Counted from the first letter of the stretch, positions 39,110 to 49,505 are shown. The stretch: 64,000 bases of DNA from Promethearchaeia archaeon (GCA_046483985.1 JAWOCD010000028.1:9636-73635); one strand, 5' to 3'. Notes: a model not told the origin generated them from the sequence alone. Numbers and translations: made by a program.

Positions 39110-40576
39110 TTAATATTTCCCCAATAGGTCGTGTGGCGCTGTTTCTAATTGACCGACTGCGGATATGAGACCTATCTTTGCTTTTTTCATCTCTTCTATT
39201 GTCCTTGCACCAGAGTATATCATTCCGTTTTCTAAACCCTCCTTAAGGGTAGAAAGAACGCCATCTAAATCGCCTACGAATGGAACATAATCGGAGACAC
39301 CTTCGGGTAAGCTTTTAGAATCCTTGACATACCGATCCAGAGCATATTCTGTGGCTCTTGCTTCCTTGGATCCCATCCCACGATAGATTTTTACCTTACG
39401 CCCTTGGATAGTATCAACGTACCCAGGACTTTCGGAACATCCCGCGAAGAAATGTCCAGACATGATTAAATCGGCCCCGACTGCAAATGCCTTCGGGAGC
39501 TCACCGGGATTCTTAAACCCTCCATCGGCAATTAGGGATACATCAGGATTATAATCTGCAATTGCATCCGCAGCTTGCGCTGTTGCGAAAAAGGTTGGCG
39601 CGCCTACACCAGTTTGTATTGTTGTTGTACAGATGGAACCAGATCCCATTCCGACCTTGATTCCAATAAACTGTTCTTCAGGGAAATCATAAGTGAGTAA
39701 GTGCTCCGCGGCTTCATATGTGCCTATATTACCCAATACAAATTCTGAATCTAATAATTCCATTAATTTTTTGGTTCCTTCGAGATCATTACTTTTAAAG
39801 AAGTCTGCAACATCTATAAAGAAAACATCAACGTAATTATCAAGTTCTTTTAATTTAGAGATAGCTTCAGATGATTTTGGAAATTTTGGGGAGATTCCCA
39901 ACCCACATAAGAGTCTTCCCTCTTCATCTTTCGAAGAAAGAGGAAATTCGGGTTTCAAGTCTTTTTTTGTAATAAGACCCCGTAACTTCTTATCTTTATC
40001 AATTATAGGTAATTTCTCCTTTCTGTGCCGATACAATTCTTCTAAAGCTTCTTCTCTTGATGCTCCGGGTTCGAGAGAGATAACATCTTCGGTCATAAAA
40101 TCTTGTACCTTCCCCTTTTTGAAATCCTCCTCAAAGTATGGAATATCTCTTTTAGTAAAGATACCAGCGACTTCGTTCTCTGAATTAACAACCACTAATC
40201 CGCTAATGCCATAATTCTCCATCATATATTTTGCTTGCGAGACGGGTGCATCGGGGTTGATGGTTGCAATATCCGTAATTACAAATGATCTCGCACGTTT
40301 TACACTCTTTACCATCTCTAATTGCTTTTCATAGGAACAATTTCTATGTAATACCCCTAAGCCGCCTAATAGCCCCATTTTTATTGCCATTTCGCTTTCG
40401 GTTACGGTGTCCATTGCAGCCGATAAGATAGGGACATTTAATTTATATTTTCCCAACTCCGTAGAGATATCTACTTCACTGGGATCAAATTTAGTATGCC
40501 CGGGTAAAATGATTGCATCGTTGAATGTAGCTACTAATTCTTTAGCATGTGCCTTTTTTCTGAAATAGTTTGTCAT
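39110..40576 (-). CDS. guaB: IMP dehydrogenase with CBS pair
   Basis: SAAMDTVTE, GSGSICTT (catalytic Cys), ADGG, YRGMGS and PEGV motifs. Confidence 0.95.
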   Translation of the reverse strand: MTNYFRKKAHAKELVATFNDAIILPGHTKFDPSEVDISTELGKYKLNVPILSAAMDTVTESEMAIKMGLLGGLGVLHRNCSYEKQLEMVKSVKRARSFVITDIATINPDAPVSQAKYMMENYGISGLVVVNSENEVAGIFTKRDIPYFEEDFKKGKVQDFMTEDVISLEPGASREEALEELYRHRKEKLPIIDKDKKLRGLITKKDLKPEFPLSSKDEEGRLLCGLGISPKFPKSSEAISKLKELDNYVDVFFIDVADFFKSNDLEGTKKLMELLDSEFVLGNIGTYEAAEHLLTYDFPEEQFIGIKVGMGSGSICTTTIQTGVGAPTFFATAQAADAIADYNPDVSLIADGGFKNPGELPKAFAVGADLIMSGHFFAGCSESPGYVDTIQGRKVKIYRGMGSKEARATEYALDRYVKDSKSLPEGVSDYVPFVGDLDGVLSTLKEGLENGMIYSGARTIEEMKKAKIGLISAVGQLETAPHDLLGKY

Positions 40577-40723
40577 TTTTATCTCTAACTAACAATCCAT
40601 CATTAAAAATTTAAAATAATTAAGAAAAATCTATTAAAAAATAATTTAAAATATTATTAAAATAGATAATTCTTTGTGAATAATAATATATTTGTTAGTA
40701 ATTAAATCAATTTAACTTTTGAC

Positions 40724-40877
40724 GATCTGCGAAAGAAGTCCCCATCCCTTTAGGGAGGGGATGAATTTCGTATATTATACAAACATTTTTATATTTGGTT
40801 GGTATTATCTTAGTAACCAAGTGAAACGCTTAGTGGACTCGTAGGAATCCCCGTCCTTTAGGGCGGGGAGACTTCAA
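40724..40877 (+). mobile_element. 154-bp non-autonomous IS200/IS605-derived element (family A, both ends)
   Basis: TTGAC, then the left hairpin repeat. Right end GAATCCCCGTCC-TTTA-GGGCGGGGAGACTTCAA. Confidence 0.8.
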
Positions 40878-40904
40878 TTTCTAAAAGTAAATATCTGATT
40901 TTAT

Positions 40905-41044
40905 CATTAAAGGCAAAGTATAATCAAGTTCGCCGTCCTTTCGGGGACGATCCTGTCGGGGTGGAGAACCACGCCGTATTGTCTAGTGTGGGTATGATGC
41001 ATTAGGGAGTACGAATCTCACGCCTTCAGACGTGAGTAGTTCAA
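40905..41044 (+). mobile_element. 140-bp non-autonomous IS200/IS605-derived element (family B)
   Basis: TTTAT|CATTAAAGGCAAA... to GAATCTCACG-loop-CGTGAGTAGTTCAA. Homologous to 45064-45163. Confidence 0.75.
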
Positions 41045-41216
41045 ATTATTATTAAAAATAAGAAATATTAAATCAATTTTTATCTTTCAAAATTTATTTA
41101 GATCAAAAATTAAGTCGGATTTATAAGTATGCTATTGGACCTCCCGAATACCTTTTCCACTTTGAAGGTGAATCGCCTTTCAGCACTTTGATGGTGAGAT
41201 TCAACAAATAATTTAT

Positions 41217-42113
41217 TTATTTCTTTCTTCCCCTATAAAAAAAGATTCCAACAGCTGCTATACAGACTATTCCTATAATAATCGCCCAGATAATCCACGG
41301 AGGAAGGGGGACGGGATCATCGCATTTTGATGGTTCATACTCAAATCCCTTTATTACTACTTCGGTTTCCTCTCCATCACTGGGGGCCATTCCATCCATA
41401 AGCCATAAATTCATACGAGCTTTCTCTGTACTGGGTTCGGGATTATTGTTTCCTGTATAGAACCATTCTTCCACCACATTCTGCTCATCATAATTAAAAG
41501 TGGAATCGATTGCGGAATAAAACTTAATATACTCTTCACACCACGTAAATCCATGTACCGAATCCTCAGTTTTATTAGGAAACTCAAATCGATGAATGTT
41601 GCCCAGATTACTGGAAGGTTGAACCACAAATTGCCCCAACTTAGCATTTTTATCCCCCCATTTAGCAAACTCAATATCTATCTCATTTTCATCGTCTAAA
41701 TAGGTAAATAAGCCTAAAATAACATTTTTATCCAAATCTTTAAATCCCGGTGCCAATTTGAAATTATATGTTCCGTGTCCGAATGATTCATCTGAGTAAA
41801 TCTCGGCACAATACCATTTACCATTATTCTTAGTTATCTTCAGATGAAGATATCCATCTTCATCAAGCCATACATTCTCTTCGCTACTATTAAAATAATT
41901 GGGACCTGGTCCTTGTTTCTCTCCAGCGGACGTTCTCTTGGTCCAATTATACCCCGAAAAGGAAAATTCATTTTCCCCCGAAGTTGCCCTTATCTGGGGA
42001 TCTTCAGAACCTTCGGACAAAGTATTGCTGTTTCTTGGCTGAGTAAATATGAGTGAGGGGAAAATTAACACGAAAAGAAAGAAATAAACACGATACTTCG
42101 ATTTTTTTATCAT
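41217..42113 (-). CDS. Glycoside hydrolase family 16, exported and C-terminally anchored
   Basis: EIDIE catalytic motif, N-terminal signal and C-terminal TM plus RGRKK. Confidence 0.85.
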   Translation of the reverse strand: MIKKSKYRVYFFLFVLIFPSLIFTQPRNSNTLSEGSEDPQIRATSGENEFSFSGYNWTKRTSAGEKQGPGPNYFNSSEENVWLDEDGYLHLKITKNNGKWYCAEIYSDESFGHGTYNFKLAPGFKDLDKNVILGLFTYLDDENEIDIEFAKWGDKNAKLGQFVVQPSSNLGNIHRFEFPNKTEDSVHGFTWCEEYIKFYSAIDSTFNYDEQNVVEEWFYTGNNNPEPSTEKARMNLWLMDGMAPSDGEETEVVIKGFEYEPSKCDDPVPLPPWIIWAIIIGIVCIAAVGIFFYRGRKK

Positions 42114-42155
42114 ATACCATCTCGACTTCTTATAAGTATCTAATTAATTTGAATT

Positions 42156-43073
42156 CTACATCCTTATAAGATTTTTTCTCTCCATGTTTTGAATCTTCGG
42201 GTCATTGATATGTTTATTTAACACTTTTATGAAATGTTCTCTATCTTCTTGGATATTTTTCGTGTGCAAGCTTACATAATTACTTATATGGTCGTTATAG
42301 ACCTCTGAAGTTACATTTTCACCTAAGTTTGCAATGATATCTCTTTCTTCTTTTAAGTTCTCAACGGGCGAGAGTAATCGAAACTCCCCACTTTTCCACT
42401 CATCCCAGAGCGGCGTATTAGGTAGCACATTTAATGTTCGAAAGCGGAAAATGGTGGGATTTACCTCTGTTAAAACTCTGGCAGTCCCTTTTACATGGTC
42501 TTCTGAATGTTTTTTTCCTCCCAAACCCAATAAGATATAAAGCGATAAGTCTATACCTGCTTTTAACACTCGCTTACCTGCTTCTATCATAGATTCGGCA
42601 TTAGTTCCCTTCCTCATTATTCGTAAGACCTCACTACTGCCGCTTTCTAAGCCCATATAGACAATATCGAGTCCAGCCTCAGTTAATTTTTCTAATTCCG
42701 CATCGGACTTTCGTAAAATATCCAAGGATTTTGCGTAGCAGCTCACTCGTGGTACATTTTTCAACTTCTTTCTGACATGTTTGATGATCTTTGCCAAGTA
42801 ATCTGTGGAAGCACTGGTAGGGTTTCCACCGGCTAAAAAGACAGGTTTCCCATGAAAATTTCTTTCTGCAAACTGGTCAATATCCTCGAGTACATCTTCT
42901 AACGGTCTAATCGCATATTCTTGAATCCCTCCATATACTCCTTTATACGTACCGCAGAATTTACATTTATTCCAAGAACATCCTCCCGTGACAGGAATCA
43001 AGACAGAGTATGCTTCTACGGGAGGGCGGATCACAATTCGATCCGGAGGTAATTTTCGAACCATTTTACTCAC
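42156..43073 (-). CDS. Radical SAM protein
   Basis: RPPVEA, GCSWNKCKFC and GLESGS motifs. Confidence 0.92.
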   Translation of the reverse strand: MSKMVRKLPPDRIVIRPPVEAYSVLIPVTGGCSWNKCKFCGTYKGVYGGIQEYAIRPLEDVLEDIDQFAERNFHGKPVFLAGGNPTSASTDYLAKIIKHVRKKLKNVPRVSCYAKSLDILRKSDAELEKLTEAGLDIVYMGLESGSSEVLRIMRKGTNAESMIEAGKRVLKAGIDLSLYILLGLGGKKHSEDHVKGTARVLTEVNPTIFRFRTLNVLPNTPLWDEWKSGEFRLLSPVENLKEERDIIANLGENVTSEVYNDHISNYVSLHTKNIQEDREHFIKVLNKHINDPKIQNMERKNLIRM

Positions 43074-43263
43074 CAGAATTTATTTTCGATTATAATAGTA
43101 AATAATAATTAGTAATTTTTTTCTAATCCTATATTTTTTAAAATGATTCAGAAATAAAGAATTTCACTTTTATTATTCAAACCCTCAAATTCAATTATTT
43201 TTTTTAAGAAGCAACAATTTTGCTAATTAATTATAATAATAAAATAAGTATCTTGGAGCTTTC

Positions 43264-43920
43264 ATGAGAGAAAACCACGAGGATCCGCATTATGGATATA
43301 AGATAACAATATTGGGCGGCGGTGGCGTAGGAAAAACGTGTCTATTTAACAGATATTGTTTTAATTCATTTTCCTTTAATACTCTCATGACCATTGGCAT
43401 TAACTTCCACTCAACAAAATTACAAATTAGTGCTAAGGATAAGGATAAGGATAAGGACAAGGACAAGGACAAGGACAAGAACAAGAACAAGAACAAGAAC
43501 AAGAACAAGAAGGGGGAATTTACTGTAATCAATTCTATTTTTGATTTCGGAGGACAAGATCGGTTTAAGAATTTGGTACCCAAATTCTTGGATGGAACCA
43601 GCGGTGCCTTGCTTGTATTTGATATATCCTCGTTTGCGAGTTTTCAGACCTTAGAGTATTGGCATGAAAAACTACGTAAAAACACAAAGGAAAAAGTGCC
43701 TACACTCTTGGTTAGTAGTAAATACGATTTAGTTGATAAGGTTCCAAAAGCCCAGCTTGTGAATCAACAGTTAATCGAGAGATTTGTTGAAGAAAAAAAT
43801 CTGGATGGCTATATCTGTACATCAGCATTAGAAAACAAAAATGTTCTAAAAGTATTTAAAGAATTGACAAAATTGATGCTCAAACAAGACCATGCCATGT
43901 CCCACATTAAGATCCTATGA
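43264..43920 (+). CDS. Ras-superfamily (Rab-like) small GTPase
   Basis: G1 GGGGVGKT, G2 TIG, G3 DFGGQ, G4 SKYD and G5 SAL. Confidence 0.92.
   Translation: MRENHEDPHYGYKITILGGGGVGKTCLFNRYCFNSFSFNTLMTIGINFHSTKLQISAKDKDKDKDKDKDKDKNKNKNKNKNKKGEFTVINSIFDFGGQDRFKNLVPKFLDGTSGALLVFDISSFASFQTLEYWHEKLRKNTKEKVPTLLVSSKYDLVDKVPKAQLVNQQLIERFVEEKNLDGYICTSALENKNVLKVFKELTKLMLKQDHAMSHIKIL
43435..43512 (+). repeat. In-frame hexamer microsatellite
   Basis: (AAGGAT)3(AAGGAC)4(AAGAAC)5AAGAAG encoding (KD)7(KN)5KK. Confidence 0.95.
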
Positions 43921-43975
43921 ATTTAGTTTAATCTTATTTTTCACTTTTCAGATTTGAACTTAACTATCCCCGAAA

Positions 43976-45028
43976 TTAAATATAATCTAAGAATTCATTA
44001 AAGAAGCCTATCTGTTCTTTGTTTAAATCGGGATAGATTTCTTTTAAGCTGGATTTTGCTTGATTTACCAAATTTTGAGAAAATTGCTTTGCAACCTTCA
44101 CTACTTGCCTCTCTCTAAAAATCCGTTCGACTGTTTGAATATCCTCGTTTGATAATTCTGGCTTTCGATAAATTTCATTAAGTTTTGATTGTTCTTCGTC
44201 GGCTTTTTGAACGGCAAGAATATATAAGAATCTTTTCTCTTTGGCCTTAATATCTTTTTTCATATCTGCGATATCGTCTCGAATGGCATATGCTTGCCCC
44301 ATTTTTACCATTGCTTTACTCAATGGCTTAATTTGATAATGAATATTTCCTTTTGCCAATATGGCGCCTATCGTTGTTGATTTTTCAAACATTCGGGCAC
44401 GTTGCATCTCTGCGATCTCTAAATATTGTTCCAAAGTCATCGTTTGCTGCTGATAAGACATATATTCCTCAATAATCTGACCCTTTATGAGGTAATTCGA
44501 TGCGGTAGTATACTCATTGATTGCTTTTAATTTTAATTCAGGCGGAAATTTTCCTGACTTCAGAATATCTAACCCTAATATATATCCATAATTACCTCCC
44601 AAAATGCCTAAATCACGCCCATAAAGGTCAATTTCCATGTTTTTGCTTTGAAGATTAAGACTTTTATATGTTTCTGAAACTTGGTTTCCCAACTGAACAT
44701 GAAACGTGGGTTTCCCTCTTCTTTTTGTATCGTCATCAATTAAATCATCAAAAATCAAATTACCCGAATGCAATAATTCTACGGCAATGGATACATTCCG
44801 AATCTCATCGATGTAATCCTCCAAATACATGGGATTTACAATACCGCTATATGCCGCGATTAATAAGATTGGATGGATTCTTTTTGCCTCTTCGTTAACA
44901 ATAAATGTACGCAGTTCACTAAGAAAGTCTTTAAATAATGAATCCGACTCGTTTTGTGCGATGCGATTAAAATACTTGTTTAATTTTTTGTTAACAAATC
45001 TTTTTTCCCTTTTCAAAAATTCTTCCAT
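43976..45028 (-). CDS. Polyprenyl diphosphate synthase (GGPP synthase-like)
   Basis: KRIHP, ELLH, DDLIDD..RRG, GQ and DDIAD motifs. Start ATG 45028, since the longer ORF extends into a repeat element. Confidence 0.88.
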   Translation of the reverse strand: MEEFLKREKRFVNKKLNKYFNRIAQNESDSLFKDFLSELRTFIVNEEAKRIHPILLIAAYSGIVNPMYLEDYIDEIRNVSIAVELLHSGNLIFDDLIDDDTKRRGKPTFHVQLGNQVSETYKSLNLQSKNMEIDLYGRDLGILGGNYGYILGLDILKSGKFPPELKLKAINEYTTASNYLIKGQIIEEYMSYQQQTMTLEQYLEIAEMQRARMFEKSTTIGAILAKGNIHYQIKPLSKAMVKMGQAYAIRDDIADMKKDIKAKEKRFLYILAVQKADEEQSKLNEIYRKPELSNEDIQTVERIFRERQVVKVAKQFSQNLVNQAKSSLKEIYPDLNKEQIGFFNEFLDYI

Positions 45029-45063
45029 AATAAAGATTAAAAACCTATCATTTTTAATTTTAT

Positions 45064-45163
45064 CATTAAAGGCAAAAGCATACCCCGTCCTTTCCGTATT
45101 GTCTAGGGGTGTATTACGCATTAGGGAGTACGAATCTCACGCCTCCAGCCGTGAGTAATTTAA
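45064..45163 (+). mobile_element. 100-bp internally deleted copy of the family B element
   Basis: Shares TTTAT|CATTAAAGGCAAA, CCGTATTGTCTAG and GCATTAGGGAGTACGAATCTCACGCCT with 40905-41044. Confidence 0.75.
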
Positions 45164-45174
45164 TTTGAATAAGA

Positions 45175-47547
45175 TTATTTTCGCATTGCGGTCCTGATAA
45201 GTTTTAGAGCCTTATCTGCGAACCTGCGGACTAAAAAATAATCATCGTGGAGAGCATCTCTTAATGCGGGAATTGCTTCTTTAGCCTCCAGCGGGATTGC
45301 TTCTGCCATTGCGCCTAACGTATATGCTGCTAATCTCCTCACGTGTTTATTTGGGTCATTTAATGCTTCAATGATGGGTTCTTTATGTTCCATCAACATT
45401 GTTGGATTTGCTTTTCCAACTCTCGATAATTCTAAGAATGCCTTCATCCGTGTCGTTTCGTCTTTATCTTCCGTGGAAAGTTCGACCAGTTTGGAAATAC
45501 CCATATAGGCCCATCCCGGTCTCTGCACCGTCACTTCACCTAATCCCTTAATTGCCCGGAATTTTGTATCCTCATCTTCACTTTCAACCATGTCCAAAAA
45601 CATATCTATTGCGGGGGAGATGAGTTCAATATTTTGCTTAGCAATCTTTCCCAGTACTTCAATGATCTGATTTAGCCGCTCCTCTTCCTTTTCATTGACA
45701 AACCAATCAATAATCGTCTGAACGTGTTTTACTACCTCTTCTTTCTCCTTCGCCTTGATCGCTTCATTATAAGCTCTACATACCTTCTGCAATTTTTTAT
45801 CGTACTCTAAATCAACAACAATCGTGGTCACATCGAGTTTGATGGCATCCCATTTATCCTTTAACTGTTCTTGTTTGATTTCCTCTTCTCTTGCTTCATT
45901 TTCCTTTTTGATTTTGTTTAGAAGGTCCTCATCTAATAAGTCATCAAATAAGATCTCTCTATTTGGATTGGTTATTAAGTCTCCCAGAAAATCGACTGCA
46001 ATATATCGTCTTTCATGCTCACTCTGAAATAGTTCAATGATTTCTGGTATTATTTCCTTGATAATTTCGGGATACTTTTTTGCCACGTTATTTAGAAATA
46101 ATTGTGCTTGTCTTGAGACCTCGTCATCATTTGCGTAAATATAGTCTTTGAAGGTCCCTAAAATCAATTTCTTTGCGTCTTTTTTATCTTCGTTGATAAA
46201 ATTATTATTAATTTCCTCAATAAGCTCTAATAATACGTTACTCCAATCCGCAGAGAATTCCACCTTTAATCGTTCTTGTCTCTCGATCTCTTTTCGGCGT
46301 TTTTCTCTTTCCTTCCTCCTTTTTTCTTCCCGTTTCTGTTTATCTTGGATTAGGTAAGATCTGATTTCATTATCTAATAATTCCTTATTGTCTAATATTT
46401 CGATGTTTTCTTCCAGAATGAGTGCGTTTTTGGGTTTTTTATACTTCTTCATTAATCGCTCAGTGAATCTCTTGACTAATTTAAAATTCTTTTGGAGTAA
46501 TTGGGAATATAATTGGATTGCACTATTTGCCAAGTACTGGTTCTCTTCATAGAGGAATGATTTTAAAACATCAATCACCTCTTCCATTTTATCTTCGTCT
46601 TGGGTTTTTAATGCATCATTGTATTTTTCCGCTAATTCTTTTACCTCCTTTTCCCAAGTAACATCTATATTTATTGATTTTTTCTGTAATTCCTTAATTA
46701 ATTGAATTTTTTTCTTCTGTTCTTTCTTTTTCTCTTCCATCCTTTCTTTTGCGATGGATCGATACTTAAATTTTTTTGGAAACATATCCTCGATTGCAGT
46801 AATAGTGTTAATTAAAAATTCTTCGTAGGCTTCTTTTTCCTTTTTCTTTTTTTCTTTGACATCTTTTTGTAATTTGCTGACCACATCATTTATAAAGGGT
46901 TCTCGGTTTTCGGGTTTGGCAATTAGTGAGAATGTGGAGCATCCCATTTTGAATCCATCCATATCTTCCTCCTTGTAGCATTGTATGGTTTTCTTAATTA
47001 GATCTTCAACGACTTCTCTTGCGGCAATCTCATCTTCATCGATGAGTAATTTATTATAAAATTGCCCGAGTCGGAGAAATTCTCCGGTAATTCCTACATA
47101 TTTAATTTCTTTCCTTTTGACCTTTTCTAAGAACTCCTTTTTCTTTTTTTCCTCGATTTTTTTTCGGGATATCCGCTCTTGATGTTCCGTTAAGATCTTT
47201 TTCAGCGTCTTTTGATCGTCAATTAATTCTTTTACGGGGGTTTCCGTTAATTTTCCTAAGGCGACAGAAGCATAGTTAGACTTTTCCTTATCGTTTCCCT
47301 TGTATCTATGGAGTAGTACTCGAATCCCCTTTTTTAAAAAGCCTGGTTGTAAGTTTCCAATTCTTTTCAAGAGATCAGTAGCTAATTTTCTGTAATTCTC
47401 TTGAGTGTGAAAAACCAATTGGAGTATTCCGTCGATGGCGAGATTGACTTCCATAACATCTTCGAGTTCTACCCCATTGTTATAGTCCTCGATCAACCTT
47501 TTTATCTCATCAGGATACTTTTCCTTGACTTCTAATTTCATTGACAT
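45175..47547 (-). CDS. HEAT-repeat protein with five ~140-aa internal modules
   Basis: C-terminal HEAT repeats (ALNDPNKHVRRLAAYTLG, ALHDDYFLVRRFADKAL) and periodic YN/IN helices. Confidence 0.8.
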   Translation of the reverse strand: MSMKLEVKEKYPDEIKRLIEDYNNGVELEDVMEVNLAIDGILQLVFHTQENYRKLATDLLKRIGNLQPGFLKKGIRVLLHRYKGNDKEKSNYASVALGKLTETPVKELIDDQKTLKKILTEHQERISRKKIEEKKKKEFLEKVKRKEIKYVGITGEFLRLGQFYNKLLIDEDEIAAREVVEDLIKKTIQCYKEEDMDGFKMGCSTFSLIAKPENREPFINDVVSKLQKDVKEKKKKEKEAYEEFLINTITAIEDMFPKKFKYRSIAKERMEEKKKEQKKKIQLIKELQKKSINIDVTWEKEVKELAEKYNDALKTQDEDKMEEVIDVLKSFLYEENQYLANSAIQLYSQLLQKNFKLVKRFTERLMKKYKKPKNALILEENIEILDNKELLDNEIRSYLIQDKQKREEKRRKEREKRRKEIERQERLKVEFSADWSNVLLELIEEINNNFINEDKKDAKKLILGTFKDYIYANDDEVSRQAQLFLNNVAKKYPEIIKEIIPEIIELFQSEHERRYIAVDFLGDLITNPNREILFDDLLDEDLLNKIKKENEAREEEIKQEQLKDKWDAIKLDVTTIVVDLEYDKKLQKVCRAYNEAIKAKEKEEVVKHVQTIIDWFVNEKEEERLNQIIEVLGKIAKQNIELISPAIDMFLDMVESEDEDTKFRAIKGLGEVTVQRPGWAYMGISKLVELSTEDKDETTRMKAFLELSRVGKANPTMLMEHKEPIIEALNDPNKHVRRLAAYTLGAMAEAIPLEAKEAIPALRDALHDDYFLVRRFADKALKLIRTAMRK

Positions 47548-47665
47548 TATTATTTGAGCACGCTATAATATTCTTATTAATTTTAAATTTAGCTTTTAAT
47601 AGAGAAAAAATCTTAATATTATATTGGTTTTTGCATTATTATATTTTAACTTTGGTGGTAAACAG

Positions 47666-48169
47666 ATGTTATTAGGAGTTATTTCAGATACGCATGACCA
47701 TAAGGATAATATTTTAAAAGCAGTCTCTCTAATGAATGAAAGAGGAGTGAAAGCATTGATTCATTGCGGTGATTTCATTGCTCCCTTCGTTCGAAGATGG
47801 TTCGATAATTTAAATGACGAGATAAAAGAAAATTTCTATGGCACGTTCGGAAATAATGACGGAGAATTACTTTTTTTAGAAAAGAATCTCGGACAAATCT
47901 GCGAGCTGCAGAATGAATTAATTATTGAGTTGGACGGAAAAAGGATATATACCGGCCATATGCCGAAACAAGAAACCATCGAAGCGTTAGCGGCTTCTGG
48001 TAAGTTTGATATCGTGCTCTCTGGTCATACCCATGAGATTGTTAATGAAATAAAGGATAACGGGGTATTAGTCGTGAATCCGGGAGAAGCATGCGGTTAT
48101 TTATCAGGGACTGCGTCATTTGCCATTATCGATACCGATCAGATGCAAGCGGAGATAATTGAATTATAA
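47666..48169 (+). CDS. YfcE/MJ0936-type metallophosphoesterase
   Basis: SDTHD, HCGD, GNND, GHTH and NPGE motifs. Confidence 0.9.
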   Translation: MLLGVISDTHDHKDNILKAVSLMNERGVKALIHCGDFIAPFVRRWFDNLNDEIKENFYGTFGNNDGELLFLEKNLGQICELQNELIIELDGKRIYTGHMPKQETIEALAASGKFDIVLSGHTHEIVNEIKDNGVLVVNPGEACGYLSGTASFAIIDTDQMQAEIIEL

Positions 48170-48272
48170 TCTTAATTTTTTCTTTTTCTTTTTCTTTTGG
48201 TCCAAGGCCCGATTTTATACATCTTTTTCAAATATTAGAAACTTAAATAGACTGCTTAGCTAATTATAAAAT

Positions 48273-49505
48273 ATGAACAATACGAAGGATCAATTACCCC
48301 TTAGTTCGATTAAAATTTTGGATCTAAGTCGTATGCTTCCGGGGCCTTATTGCAGTATGGTTTTGGGAGACTTAGGAGCTGAAGTCATACGCGTGGAAAA
48401 CCCGCGATATCCATATAGTAGTCCTCCTCCTCTTTACCGAAAGGGGCGCTATAATGAGAGTGCGTTTAACGCAATTCTCATGAGAAATAAGAAATCGATT
48501 GGCTTGAATTTAAAAAAAGAGAAGGGAAGAGAGATATTTTACGAATTGGCAAGAGAGGCAGACGTTATTTTAGAAACGTTCAGACCAAAAGTGGTTGAGA
48601 AGTTAGAAATTGATTATGAGACCATCTCAGAGATTAATCCCTCCATTATCTATTGTGCGCTAACGGGATATGGTCAAAATGGACCCTATGAGCAATTGGC
48701 AGGGCATGACATGAATTATCTTGGAATTTGTGGGATTATGGATTTAAATCGTCCCAGAAAACATTACGATAAATCTAATGAAATACGAAAACCTGTCGTT
48801 CCGGGAATGCAATGTGCGGATATTGGTGGTGCCCTCGTTGCTGTGATAGCCATCCAAGGGGCAATCATCGAGCGGGAGAATAATGGCTCCAAAAAGGGTC
48901 AATACATTGATGTTTCAATGTTAGATTCTGCATTCTCATTTATGCCTATGGCTGCCGCGTATCATTTTGCTCAATCCGTGAATGAAAAACCGCTACGATC
49001 CGAGAATCCGTTACACGGAGCAATGCCGTATTACAGCGTATACCGAACCAAGGATGATAAGTATCTCACGATTGGAGCCATCGAAATGAAATTCTGGCAT
49101 CAACTCTGTGAGGGCTTGGGTAGAGAGGATCTGAAGTTGAAGCAAAACACGCGGGGGACTGAAAGGGAAGCAGTTTTTGAAGAGTTGCAGAAGGAATTTT
49201 TGAAAAAAACACGAGCAGAATGGATGGACATTTTTCAAGAGTATGACACGTGTGTGATGCCTGTAAAAACATTTGCGCAAGCATGTGAAGATCCCCAAAT
49301 AAAAGCCCGTGAGATGATAACAACCCAAGAGCATCCAGAATTTGGGGAGATACCCAATGTCGCATCGCCCATAAAATATTCTAGAACTCCTTTAAAGATA
49401 AGGTCCCTTGCCCCAAAAACAGGAAAACAGACCACCGAGATTCTGAGATCCCTCAACTTTTCAGAAGAAGAGATTAAAACGCTTAAGAAAAAAAATATTA
49501 TTTAA
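48273..49505 (+). CDS. Family III CoA-transferase (CaiB/BaiF)
   Basis: LDLSRMLPGP, RNKKS, GYGQNGP, GHDMNY and catalytic Asp in ADIGG. Confidence 0.93.
   Translation: MNNTKDQLPLSSIKILDLSRMLPGPYCSMVLGDLGAEVIRVENPRYPYSSPPPLYRKGRYNESAFNAILMRNKKSIGLNLKKEKGREIFYELAREADVILETFRPKVVEKLEIDYETISEINPSIIYCALTGYGQNGPYEQLAGHDMNYLGICGIMDLNRPRKHYDKSNEIRKPVVPGMQCADIGGALVAVIAIQGAIIERENNGSKKGQYIDVSMLDSAFSFMPMAAAYHFAQSVNEKPLRSENPLHGAMPYYSVYRTKDDKYLTIGAIEMKFWHQLCEGLGREDLKLKQNTRGTEREAVFEELQKEFLKKTRAEWMDIFQEYDTCVMPVKTFAQACEDPQIKAREMITTQEHPEFGEIPNVASPIKYSRTPLKIRSLAPKTGKQTTEILRSLNFSEEEIKTLKKKNII

Noticed and set aside
40719-41205. CRISPR array
   Set aside because: The units are not identical or regularly spaced, and there are no cas genes in the window.
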